IMG/VR virus record: IMGVR_UViG_3300021446_000106
Span: 1 to 61,187 of that record
Direction: 5' to 3' (one strand)
Length of the DNA: 61,187 nt
DNA from: a virus
Lineage: Duplodnaviria; Caudoviricetes
Positions 27,945 through 37,695 of the stretch are shown in pieces. Within the stretch, counting starts at the first letter, position 1, and every line of letters starts with the position of its first letter. Both the position numbers and the translations under genes were made by a program. The notes under the pieces were generated by a model. It worked only from the letters and a program-made list of their open reading frames with translations. It had not been told where the DNA came from and searched no databases.

Positions 27945-28925
27945 TTATTCATCGTCATCCTCCGTCTCCGGCACTTCGACATCGCCATGCAGTCGAGCGT
28001 AGTAGTTCTCGGCCGCTTGTTGCTGTTTCTCGCGCTGTTTCTCCCACGTTGGCTGGTATCCGTATCGGGCTTTGTAATCACTCGGTACCATTACAGGTAC
28101 TCCAGAATGAGGTCCATTGTCTCGTTGCGCTCTGCCTTTGCCGCCGGAAGGTCGCCGTGTTTTCTCCTGTATCGCCCGCGCCCGCTGAATTGCGGTCACA
28201 TCTTCCGGCCTCGTCTCTAATATATTCATCGCCCGAATCTGGCCAGCCGCTTTGCCATCGCGTAGCGTTCTTGTCAGTACGCTTAGAAGAATATGGAACG
28301 ACTCCGGGAGCATTGGCTCGGGTAATCGCCACTCGTAATGCCCCCGTTCGCGCCGTTCCGCCACCAGTTTATCACGCCCGAAACCACACGGGTCTTGGTC
28401 TTTACACGGGTTCTTCACATCGGTATCGTTCCCGCGCACGACCGGATACTTCGGCAGTAGGGTTCCATCACTATCGTAGGCGGCGATTGACGTACACGCT
28501 AATGCCTTCATCCACGGTTCGCGCGAGACTTCGCGGATGAGGTTCGCGTCACGCTCCGATAGCTCCGATAGGTGGACGTGTAAGCCAGCCGTACCGCGAC
28601 CGTGGAACCCGACCGGCTCGATACGACTGTGTTCCTGTTCGATAGTTTGATAGAGTTTGTCGTACCACTCGGATAACATCGCCGCGTGCATGGTACTGTG
28701 GGTTCGGGCCTCCCATCCGTGCGTCGATGGGCTGGCACTAATCCACTCGTGCGTGATTTCGGTGCCATGTATGTCCGGCTTCGCTGATTCCGCAGGAACC
28801 GGGCGGCCTCGTGCCATCATGTGATACCGCTCGTCGTCACAGACGGGGATTTCCAGCTCGGCACCGAACCGCAACGATTTGGTTAGCGATGCCTCCGGGT
28901 GCGAATTGGTTACGTCAAGTATCAT
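27945..28925 (-). CDS. COOH-NH2 ligase (amidoligase) paralog 3
   Basis: FGAELEI, AGLHVHLS, EPW, YEWRLPEP. Confidence 0.82.
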   Translation of the reverse strand: MILDVTNSHPEASLTKSLRFGAELEIPVCDDERYHMMARGRPVPAESAKPDIHGTEITHEWISASPSTHGWEARTHSTMHAAMLSEWYDKLYQTIEQEHSRIEPVGFHGRGTAGLHVHLSELSERDANLIREVSREPWMKALACTSIAAYDSDGTLLPKYPVVRGNDTDVKNPCKDQDPCGFGRDKLVAERRERGHYEWRLPEPMLPESFHILLSVLTRTLRDGKAAGQIRAMNILETRPEDVTAIQRARAIQEKTRRPSGGKGRAQRDNGPHSGVPVMVPSDYKARYGYQPTWEKQREKQQQAAENYYARLHGDVEVPETEDDDE

Positions 28926-29286
28926 CTTGCGCCTCCATGAACGCCTCGCTTGCCGCTTTGCTGTCGCCGAAGTGCCGCATGAGCGCCGTTCCTGCACAGT
29001 CCGAATCATGTGCCACGGCTATCTTGTGCGCTTCGCGGGCGTACTTCGTTTGCGCGGCGAAGGTGCAGTCATCATCGAGACACTTTACGACGTGCGTGAA
29101 TTGCTCGTCTTTTTCCGACACGAGCCGCTCGACTTCCCCGCTGGTAATTGGCACCGGAGCCGGGTCGTCAGGTTTCGTGCCCACGAAAATGAGGTGCTCC
29201 TCAACATCTGTTACGACGCCCTTTTTAAGGTGGCCATGCGAACGGAACATCAGCCAGTCCCCCTCGGAAATGTCTGCATCCGTCAT
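28915..29286 (-). CDS. Hypothetical protein
   Basis: Operon context. Confidence 0.6.
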   Translation of the reverse strand: MTDADISEGDWLMFRSHGHLKKGVVTDVEEHLIFVGTKPDDPAPVPITSGEVERLVSEKDEQFTHVVKCLDDDCTFAAQTKYAREAHKIAVAHDSDCAGTALMRHFGDSKAASEAFMEAQDDT

Positions 29287-29603
29287 AGTTCGTCCCTGTT
29301 GAACTCCTTGGTTGCTTTGACGGTCACACGGTCGTTGTCGATGTCGGAATCTATTACGAACTCGATTTTGTCAGACTCCTGATAGGTTCGGATGAGGTCG
29401 GCCGTGATATGCTTGCCCGTATGCTTGACCGTCACTTTCAGGTCGTAGTCGAACCCACTACTGAACAGTATCTGCGGCGCGACACCTTCCACGAAGAAAT
29501 CGCGGAACGTCTCCACGAATAACCCCGCTTCGGTGTATAGCTCGGCTAACTCTTGGTGCTTGTCGATTTTCTTCTGGATTGTCGCGTGCATTGGCATTGT
29601 CAC
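29283..29603 (-). CDS. Hypothetical protein
   Basis: Operon context. Confidence 0.6.
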   Translation of the reverse strand: MTMPMHATIQKKIDKHQELAELYTEAGLFVETFRDFFVEGVAPQILFSSGFDYDLKVTVKHTGKHITADLIRTYQESDKIEFVIDSDIDNDRVTVKATKEFNRDEL

Positions 29604-29857
29604 CAGTCATCCTCAGCATACGCTGTGATGACGAATTGTGTTTCGGGTTCGATAACCAGCGTGAAATCGTACCCGAGATAGGTTGTTTCGAGCGCAATCC
29701 TGTCGTTTTCTTGACAGGTCGGTTCACCACCTTCGATAGCCATCTGGATAACGCACGACGGAATGTCGCGCTCGTCTTTTCTCCGTCGGAAATGCCCATT
29801 TGGGTCGGGCCGGTAGTCATTGGGATTCCGCGAGAACCCGTCCGGCTCGGCGCTCAT
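29600..29857 (-). CDS. DUF4258-like (RelE/BrnT-fold) protein
   Basis: HFRRRKDERDI...IQMAIEGG...FVITAY. Confidence 0.55.
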   Translation of the reverse strand: MSAEPDGFSRNPNDYRPDPNGHFRRRKDERDIPSCVIQMAIEGGEPTCQENDRIALETTYLGYDFTLVIEPETQFVITAYAEDDW

Positions 29858-30048
29858 TGGTGTTCCGCTAACCCGACGGGTTGCCCCTGAATCCATGCCT
29901 CCTCATCCTCGCGGTCATAGATGAGCAGGTGGTCAGGTTCGTCCATTGCTTGCGTTGCGGCGATTCTATCGTCATCGACCGAGGATTCCTGCGGATTCCC
30001 GAACGCGCCGTCAAACGGGCTGACAGCGGCGGGAACGTCGGTATTCAT
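29854..30048 (-). CDS. Small haloarchaeal-type protein
   Basis: LLIYDREDEEAWIQ motif; ATGA overlap. Confidence 0.6.
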   Translation of the reverse strand: MNTDVPAAVSPFDGAFGNPQESSVDDDRIAATQAMDEPDHLLIYDREDEEAWIQGQPVGLAEHQ

Positions 30049-30384
30049 ACCTCGGCCCCCCGGCGACGATTCTCGTGTCGGACGAGTGACAGGGTATTGT
30101 GCGTGTGATATGGTGTCACGTCGGCCACCATTAGCTCACCCCTGCAATCGAACTCGATTCTCCGAAGTCGGTCGTTGCTCGCTTGCTTGATTGTTGCCAT
30201 AACTGTTAGTTGCTCCGAAAGTGCCTTCGACACGTCGTCCCCCGCGCTATCACGCACGAGGGAATCCAACGTGCCGAAGGCAGAAGGTGAAGTTGTTGCT
30301 TAGCAGAAGGCGTACATTCCGACCATCAGGCCGATGAGGTACGCGAGTACCATGCTCATGTAGTAGAAATAGTCCGGAACCATT

Positions 30385-31368
30385 CTATGACAGAATGTTG
30401 ACGATTTCTTCGGCGTTCTTACCATCGCGGGCCATCGCCATCACGACCTCGGGATGGGCCGCCTCATTCTCGTCCGAAAGTCGGGACAGCACCTTGCCAG
30501 CGATTGCCTCCGGTGACTCACCCGACTCCGTGCCGTCGTCGGTTTCGTCCGGTTCGGATTCTCCGGTGCGAATGTCGGCTATCGCGCGCCGGATTGCTTG
30601 CAGGGCCGTCACCCGATTCTCGGTTGCCGACTCGGCCTCCTTGAGTTGCTTGAGTTCGTCCATCGACAGGTCACGCTCGTCTAACGCGTCCTTGATGTCA
30701 TCGACGGTCATTTCGCGCGGGTCCAACACGTCGCCGCCCGGCTCCGTGTTGTTGTCTCCGTCGCCAGCCTCGCCAGCGATGGCATCCCACGGCGGGAAGG
30801 GTCGCTCTTTGCCGTTGATTTCGAGCGTGTAGTCGCTGTAGGTGTCCATCCACTCGCGGGTCACGTAGATGTGCGAGTCATCGTCCGGCCGTTCTTCCCA
30901 CACGGCTGGTTCGCCGGGGAAATGTTCCGCGTCCGGCTCCGGGAACAGGCACTTATAGAAGTAGAGGTTGGCGGTACTATCGTGGCCGCGAACCTGCTGT
31001 TGCACGTAGTTATACGTGCCTTCATCCGGGTCGCTGGTGTCGCCCCAGAATGCATCCGCGAAGCCCGTGAACTCTTTCTCATGGCCGCGCATGTAGTTTT
31101 CGAGGATGCGGCGCGGGCCATTCATCGAACGGTAGGTTTCGAGGAACACCCACAGCTCGTCGTCGTCGTAGATTTCACGCGCGGTCTCGATTAGCTTTTC
31201 CTCCGGTGCGCCGTCGTCGTTCTTCGCGGCTTCGATTGCGTGCTCGACATCTGCGCCGATTGGCTCGCACACATCGCGGAGTTCCGAGAACGCGTCGTCG
31301 TCATTCTCCGAGTCTGTACTCCCGTCGTCCGTGCCCGAAATTTCATCGAGCGAGATAACGCCACTCAT
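30385..31368 (-). CDS. Acidic early protein with HeH/Rho-N-like motif
   Basis: LDPREMTVDDIKDAL...EAE...NRVTAL. Confidence 0.7.
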   Translation of the reverse strand: MSGVISLDEISGTDDGSTDSENDDDAFSELRDVCEPIGADVEHAIEAAKNDDGAPEEKLIETAREIYDDDELWVFLETYRSMNGPRRILENYMRGHEKEFTGFADAFWGDTSDPDEGTYNYVQQQVRGHDSTANLYFYKCLFPEPDAEHFPGEPAVWEERPDDDSHIYVTREWMDTYSDYTLEINGKERPFPPWDAIAGEAGDGDNNTEPGGDVLDPREMTVDDIKDALDERDLSMDELKQLKEAESATENRVTALQAIRRAIADIRTGESEPDETDDGTESGESPEAIAGKVLSRLSDENEAAHPEVVMAMARDGKNAEEIVNILS

Positions 31369-33247
31369 AGTTGGTACTCTCCGGCTTCGCTTGGCCTCAT
31401 TGCTCGCGCACAATTTCGGATTGCGCAGGAACTCGCCCGCCCGGTACTGCGTGGAAGTGGAAGCCATCACCGGGCACCCCGCTTTGATTCGCGGGTTGTA
31501 TGTCGGTCCATCATGCAAATTGTCGTTTATTTGACACGCGCATTTCAGGACACCGTTCGTGGAGCGCAGGCGGCCTATTAGCACGCTATTACCTGTGCCG
31601 TTAGCCGCCATCTGCCGTTCATGCACGCGCTTCTCGTCATCACGGCGAGGCATCCGCCCGTACTACGGTCGCGCTACCCTGATTGGGGCCGCTACACTTC
31701 GCGCGTCATGTCGTTAAGTTGACATCACACGGTCAAAATTTCACGCGGATTCGCGCTCGCTTTCGAGACTTGAGCCGTTCGGTATCGCCCGTGCATTTGT
31801 GCCGGCTACGTGGGGCAATTGACGAATTGCTCTCGCGTGTTCATTTACACGTGTACAATGAGCATATCACCCCGCATTCACGGCCATGTGCGCCCGTGAA
31901 TGTCACCGGGTATATCACACCATGCCTATTTCTGCGCGTCCCAATAACGCGCATTTATCCTCAACCGCTCACATCACGCGCATGGTAACGTGTGAGCGCC
32001 CGGTTCCGCCTCATTCCGCGCGGAATTTAGCGGCCGTATTCGGTGCGTACTAAGATAGCGCCCCTCGGGTGTCTCTCCCTCAATCGCACGTATGTAGTTG
32101 CGTGCGAGGGTTTAACGACGAGCCGCTTCCGGCGCGTGAATAACGCCGTAGGACAGCGGGGCAGAGGAATATTATCATGCCCGTATCCCGCGTCCCGTGT
32201 ACATACACCGAGACGGCGACCTGTCGCGGGCTATCACCGGCACAGGCGTTTTCAAATCCTGTGGCGGCCCGTCGTTCAGTTGACGGAACAGGTCAGTTAG
32301 GGGCCGCCGGTTTAGGTACTTGTCACAACCGGCAAGATTTGCTCCGAAGCGTCGGATTCTGCCGGAAGCGGTTCTGTCTCGTTGGATTTGTTGTGTCAAA
32401 AATCCGAGGTGTGAGGCTGGTTCACTTTCGGTTCCGGCAAACCCTTCCGGTTTGTCAGCCAGCCACGCTATCGCTCGCGTGTAAGGTTTACTCGAACGCC
32501 TCTGGTGCTCAAGCTCGCTCGCGCGCGACGGCAACCCCCCCCGTATATTGTTAAACAACACATAGTGTGCCAACTGTTGTATGCCACTATATTGGAAACA
32601 CACCGTTGTATTACCCATTGTAGTACCCCGCATATTGGTGTATGTACATTGCTGTAGTTCCTACATACCGCTTACTAATACAGCATTACCTCTTAGGTTC
32701 CCTAATTACTATCATGTAACTTGCCGAGGGTTCTTGTAGTACCCTCTATCGGGTTAGCAAATGTCGTTTAACAGATTAGATTGGTATTCCAGTATCCCTT
32801 ACACATATTAGTTAATAAACTGCAGTAGGATGATAGGTGTGCGCCCGCGTTGCCCGCGCGTGTGAGGCTCAAGCGATTACTTTGGGGACCGGACCATTCC
32901 TGATAGCTATTTCTCGGGCCATGAGTGGGGTTGCATGACGTTTGTTTCCCTCGGGAGTGTGCTACCCTTACAGTAAGAAGAAAGCGCGTGTGACCCCTCT
33001 CACGCTCCCACATGGAGAACCACTCACACGAGCGAGACATAACCCACCCAACACTCCCCCGGAGGGACGGGGAGGGGGGCCAAACGGTGGCCGGTGCAAC
33101 ACTAACAGCTATCTCTCGCGCCGTGACGGGGGCTATAAGGCGCTCGAAGGGTGGGGGGCTTTGTCTGTCCCTTGCCGGAGGCAAACGAGAGGCTTCTAAC
33201 ACCCTTCACGACGCTCCGGTGTCAAGAAAGTGATAGGTTGATTGAAC

Positions 33248-33255
33248 AAAAAAAA
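33248..33255 (-). terminator. Poly-T archaeal terminator candidate
   Basis: A8 on the plus strand just downstream of the 33273-33934 operon. Confidence 0.5.
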
Positions 33256-33272
33256 TGGCCCGCGTGTGACCG

Positions 33273-33431
33273 TCAGAAGTTAGGGATGACTTCGGTGTGC
33301 TCGTCCATATCCCCGAGTAAGTCCCCGACATGACACTCGCAGACGGGGAAGTGATGGGTGTCCGTGATGACGGCCTTCATCGGTTCCGACCGACCGCACA
33401 CGCTACACGTTTCTTCGCGTCCGAACATCAT
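33273..33431 (-). CDS. Small zinc-finger protein (52 aa)
   Basis: CSVCG...CECH; ATGA overlap; followed by a T-run. Confidence 0.55.
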   Translation of the reverse strand: MMFGREETCSVCGRSEPMKAVITDTHHFPVCECHVGDLLGDMDEHTEVIPNF

Positions 33432-33934
33432 GAACCACCCAGCTGTTCGACCACTTGATTCACGAGCGCTTCCCGGTCCGACTCGGATAGGTCCGATAGA
33501 CTCACGTCACCGCCCGACTCACCGGAACCGTCGGTTGGTTCGTCACATTCTGCACACGTCACATCACTCCACCCGTTGGTGCCTTGTTCCTCGCACACTT
33601 CACACGTTCCGAACACGCTCCTGTACAGGGTCACCTTGTCGTCACGGTCATCCGCGTCCTTCCGAATCAGCATACGTGCGACGGTTTCCTCTATCGTCGC
33701 ACCCTCCCACGACTCGCTCACACCCATTGATAGCGCCAGCGTATCGGCGTGAGTCTTGTACCACTCACGGGTGCGCGGAACTGTCGGCGTACCACTCTCG
33801 TCACCGACCGCGCGGGTGTGTGAATCAATGTGACAGGTGCCGTCGTCGCCAGCCACATTCTCGCACGTAGTTCCGTCGTCCAATTCGACACCACACGTTT
33901 CGGTGCCTTTCGGCACCGGAGTACCATTCGACAT
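33428..33934 (-). CDS. Cys-rich hypothetical protein
   Basis: CGVELDDGTTC...CHIDSH plus CxxC...CxxC; GGCGGGG upstream. Confidence 0.7.
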   Translation of the reverse strand: MSNGTPVPKGTETCGVELDDGTTCENVAGDDGTCHIDSHTRAVGDESGTPTVPRTREWYKTHADTLALSMGVSESWEGATIEETVARMLIRKDADDRDDKVTLYRSVFGTCEVCEEQGTNGWSDVTCAECDEPTDGSGESGGDVSLSDLSESDREALVNQVVEQLGGS

Positions 33935-34469
33935 GGCAACCCCGCCTTCGGCGTCGAGACAGATAAACCCGTCGCTTTTTCGTGACAAGTACTGCCGGTT
34001 GTTAACCACAGACGGTTACGGATATAATGGTTCTTCATGCGTTGTACATGGTTGTGCATACACGATGTGCTGGTGTATCCGTAATCATCCTTTCCAATCC
34101 CCTAACATTTCTTCACCGCGACACAAAACCCCACCCGTATGCGATATTGACACCCACCCGTTACCCCGTCCGGGGGCGGTCAGACGCCCGATAGCATGAC
34201 TGATTCGCGTGTGCATGGTCGTTCCCTCCGTGTGGAGTGCCGTCACGCCCCCTCATCCCCCTTTGGGGAGGGGGGACCCATGTTGTGACACGGGCGGGCG
34301 ACGGCGTGCTGTCATTTGAAGACCGTCAGTCTATTATTTGGATGGTTTTAAGTACCCCACCAACAAAAATTCGACAATAATGACGGCTCACCATACTCAT
34401 TATCCAAAAATTAACCAAATTGGGGGGTCTCAATCTCGGTTTTCGACCGCGCACAGGGCCGAACCCTCT

Positions 34470-34608
34470 AAAATCGGGCAAATTGCTGTAAATCTTCGAT
34501 TTGAGGCGCGCGCGAGAAGGCAAAAGCGGAGATTTGCGGGCAAAAGTAGCAAAATATGGGGCAAACTTGGTGGTTTTCTATCAAATTCCCGACAAATCAC
34601 TTATAAAA
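34470..34608. other. Phased A-tract array (curved DNA), candidate pac/terminus-associated site
   Basis: 13 short A/T tracts at ~10-11 bp spacing upstream of terS. Confidence 0.65.
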
Positions 34609-34760
34609 GCGCCTCGGGTATATATAGTCGGTTTGTATTTACAATAGTGAGGGGAGTGGTACTGTCAGTGGTCCCCGGCACCGACGGTATACATTCCCCG
34701 TTATCACATAGATACCACACCCGACCGGGTTCTTGCGGACACCGTAATTTGAGTACACTC

Positions 34761-35540
34761 ATGGCGCTACAATCTGTGACTGGCAAAACGCACTCGGAGC
34801 TGCAAGAGATGCGTGCTGAGTTCGATGGCAGTGATGCTGAGTTCGAGGAACGTTACTGCCTGTCGAAGATTCCGCGCCAGCCACCGGATTATTCGGGGAT
34901 GCCACGATATTGCGTGTCAATGAATACCATGGAGACGGGAGACAGCTATTTGTGCCCGCATCATGGTGGCAAGACGCCTGACGAAAGTTTCGAAGATACG
35001 ACAGATTTGGACCCGATGGGCAATATGAAGCACGGCCTCTACGCCACACGTGAGCATCTTGTCAAGGATTTTTCACAAAAAGACAGGTCGCTCTACGAGT
35101 GGGTCGTGTCAACATATGACGATGCGTACAATATTCATGTAGAGTCAGACCCGCAGGCCGCCTATGATTTGCACCGGCTGGCAACGGAAATTGTACGTGC
35201 TGAGCGCGGCCGTGGTCACATTATCTCTGAGGGCGAAATCAACGAGGACCCCATCCGCGATGATGAGGGACGAATTGTCGTTGATGAGCATGGCGATATT
35301 GAAACTGAGAAATCCCAGCACTATCTTGCTGAAATGATGTATCGTCAGGACAACAAGATAACAAAGCTTGAGAAAGAGCTGGGTATTTCCCGGAAGGAGC
35401 GCCGGAAGCATGAGCAGGGTGATGACGCAATTCAGGCGTTGAAGGACTTTAGCGAGCTGGGGAGCGCCTTTCTCCAACGAGAGGAAACTGACTATACGCC
35501 TGAGGACGCGCCGTGGGATTCAGAGAATGACGAAACTTGA
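34761..35540 (+). CDS. terS: Terminase small subunit (putative)
   Basis: CPHHGG and GNMKHGLY motifs; upstream of terL. Confidence 0.75.
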   Translation: MALQSVTGKTHSELQEMRAEFDGSDAEFEERYCLSKIPRQPPDYSGMPRYCVSMNTMETGDSYLCPHHGGKTPDESFEDTTDLDPMGNMKHGLYATREHLVKDFSQKDRSLYEWVVSTYDDAYNIHVESDPQAAYDLHRLATEIVRAERGRGHIISEGEINEDPIRDDEGRIVVDEHGDIETEKSQHYLAEMMYRQDNKITKLEKELGISRKERRKHEQGDDAIQALKDFSELGSAFLQREETDYTPEDAPWDSENDET

Positions 35541-35808
35541 ACCGTATTCCAGCGAATATTACCTCCTTGACGCCGACACACTACCACACTCGAATGATAA
35601 TGTGGTTGTGCCGCGTGATTTGTATAACGGCTTGTGTCGATATGTCAACAAACCGATGATTCGCGTCGGAAATGAACATCGCTGGCTCACCCCCGAAGGC
35701 GCCGTTCCCGCAGAAACCGTCGTTGTCCCTGAGCATCTGTACGAGAATACTGGTGGCCCGGTACTGGTTGCCAAGGACCCAGCAGAAATAGAGGATTACG
35801 TTGCGTGA
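35527..35808 (+). CDS. Hypothetical protein
   Basis: Overlapping operon context. Confidence 0.65.
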   Translation: MTKLEPYSSEYYLLDADTLPHSNDNVVVPRDLYNGLCRYVNKPMIRVGNEHRWLTPEGAVPAETVVVPEHLYENTGGPVLVAKDPAEIEDYVA

Positions 35809-36026
35809 GCACGCAGTTCTATAGCTTTGCTGGCCCGGCACGTGGGCTCACCGACCCGGAAGAAATTCACGCATACGATGTCGGCGATAAGGCCAGCGAC
35901 ATGACAAATGGCTCACATGAGCGCGACCATTTCGTACTCATGTGGAGCGGCAACGAGTATTCGAAAAACAAAACGTGGATAAGTGCGGCCGATAACAGTA
36001 CGTTAAATCTATATAACTGTCGCTAA
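35805..36026 (+). CDS. Hypothetical protein
   Basis: GTGA overlap. Confidence 0.55.
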   Translation: MSTQFYSFAGPARGLTDPEEIHAYDVGDKASDMTNGSHERDHFVLMWSGNEYSKNKTWISAADNSTLNLYNCR

Positions 36027-36033
36027 CACACGC

Positions 36034-37692
36034 ATGGACACGAACCAACTTCGCGCGTTCGCTGACCAGCTCGATGTCGATAGTGACGCGGTTGTCGAGC
36101 GGTGGCAGGGCCGGCCTGACCGCATCATTGATGACATCTTCCGCGTAACCGACATTGATACTGGCCAGCCGCGCGATTTGGAACTGTTTGATGTGCAGCG
36201 AGAACTCGTCCATGCCTACTTTTACAGTGATGAGGGCACGCTGAACGCTTATAAAGGCCGCCGGATTGGGTACTCGTTTGCTGTCATTGTGTGTTTCTTG
36301 TTGGAAGGGTTGTTCTACCCCAATTCGTACTATCCAATTGTCTCACGCAGCCTCACGCAGTCCAAAGCACGGATTAGCGACCTTGAAGACCTCATTGAGA
36401 ACGCCAAAATTAACATTCCAACCGAAAAACAGAACACAGATTACATAGAGCTTTGGAATGGCACCGCGTTCGAGGCCTATTCGTCGGATTCGGACACTTC
36501 ACGGGGGCGCGACTCTGCGCGTTCGGTGCTTATGGACGAAATGGCGTTCCTCGAAAAGGAAGAAGAGGCGCACCGGGCGTTCTCTGCGTTCTTGGCACTT
36601 GGTGAGGACCGCAAAATGGTCGAAATTTCGACGCCAAACACTAAGAACGACCTCTTCATGCAGACCCACCGGAGAGGTTCTCGCGGAGGCAGCGATGGCG
36701 TTGTGTCTATCAAGCAGCCGACGTTTGCTAATGCTGACGATATTGATGTCAATACGTCGCTGTACGAGCAAAATCTGGAGCCGGTCCGTCCTGAAATCAA
36801 TATTGACCAGCTCGAAACTGAGCGCCTTGCGGACCCCGAAGGATTTGGCCAAGAGTATCTATGTCGGCCGGTGCTTGACGAGTATCGGTTCTTTGATGCG
36901 GATAGTATTCGGCGCGCCATGCAGAGAGGCGCCGCTGAAGGCCATCAGACAGGGCTGGACGTAGCTCAGGGAAGTTCGAGACGCGTCATGGGAGTCGACA
37001 TCGGAATCAACCGTGACGACACTGTGATTGCCGTGACGGACCATAACGGCGATGCCAGAGAACAGCGTGACCTAATTGTCGCAACAGATGAGACACTCCG
37101 GGAAGCGGGCGTCATTAATCCTGACCGCGCAAATGCAAACGATATTGCGGAGCTCATTGCCTATGTCTATGACCGCGCTGACGTAGATATTGTGGTCATG
37201 GACAAGGGAGGCGTTGGGCAAACGTTTGAGCGCATTATTGAGCGCCGGCTTGGACGCTCTGTCATTGGATTTGACTTCTCTGATAAAGAGGCTGTCGCCA
37301 ATATGATGGGCGACATGAATATGGGTCTTCGTAACAACGAGGTGACACTTGTCAATAACGACCGGTTCTACGATGAGCTGTCATCGATTGTTAAAGAGAA
37401 GAAAACGTCGTATTCGAGGCCGCGGTTCTCTGGAAAAGACAATTCAGAGAGCGGCAAGGACGACATGGCCATGGCTGCGGTCCTCTCTGCATACCCGCCT
37501 ACGGAAGCTGGTGAGCGCGTTACGTCTCCTGCCAGCAAAGAGCGCGATAGCGTTGATATTGAACCGACGGACCCCTCGGCAACGACAAAGAAACCGGATG
37601 GCGAGTACAATCCCGGTTATGGGGCAACGTCTGTGTCGCGGGGCTCGCGTTCCCGCAGGAACCGCTATCAGTCGAGACGAGCGCGGAGGTAA
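36034..37692 (+). CDS. terL: Terminase large subunit
   Basis: KGRRIGYS Walker A, VLMDEMAF Walker B, ISTP, GVDIG...D and KDD nuclease motifs. Confidence 0.95.
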   Translation: MDTNQLRAFADQLDVDSDAVVERWQGRPDRIIDDIFRVTDIDTGQPRDLELFDVQRELVHAYFYSDEGTLNAYKGRRIGYSFAVIVCFLLEGLFYPNSYYPIVSRSLTQSKARISDLEDLIENAKINIPTEKQNTDYIELWNGTAFEAYSSDSDTSRGRDSARSVLMDEMAFLEKEEEAHRAFSAFLALGEDRKMVEISTPNTKNDLFMQTHRRGSRGGSDGVVSIKQPTFANADDIDVNTSLYEQNLEPVRPEINIDQLETERLADPEGFGQEYLCRPVLDEYRFFDADSIRRAMQRGAAEGHQTGLDVAQGSSRRVMGVDIGINRDDTVIAVTDHNGDAREQRDLIVATDETLREAGVINPDRANANDIAELIAYVYDRADVDIVVMDKGGVGQTFERIIERRLGRSVIGFDFSDKEAVANMMGDMNMGLRNNEVTLVNNDRFYDELSSIVKEKKTSYSRPRFSGKDNSESGKDDMAMAAVLSAYPPTEAGERVTSPASKERDSVDIEPTDPSATTKKPDGEYNPGYGATSVSRGSRSRRNRYQSRRARR

Positions 37693-37695
37693 CTA

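Noticed and set aside
27566-28540. 324-aa plus-strand ORF (and other long antisense ORFs such as 13465-14232, 37693-38472, 48233-48997)
   Set aside because: Shadow ORFs opposite well-supported genes, lacking acidic halophilic composition
34338-34760. N-terminal 141-aa extension of terS
   Set aside because: Basic, non-halophilic sequence spanning the A-tract/promoter region; ATG 34761 is more plausible
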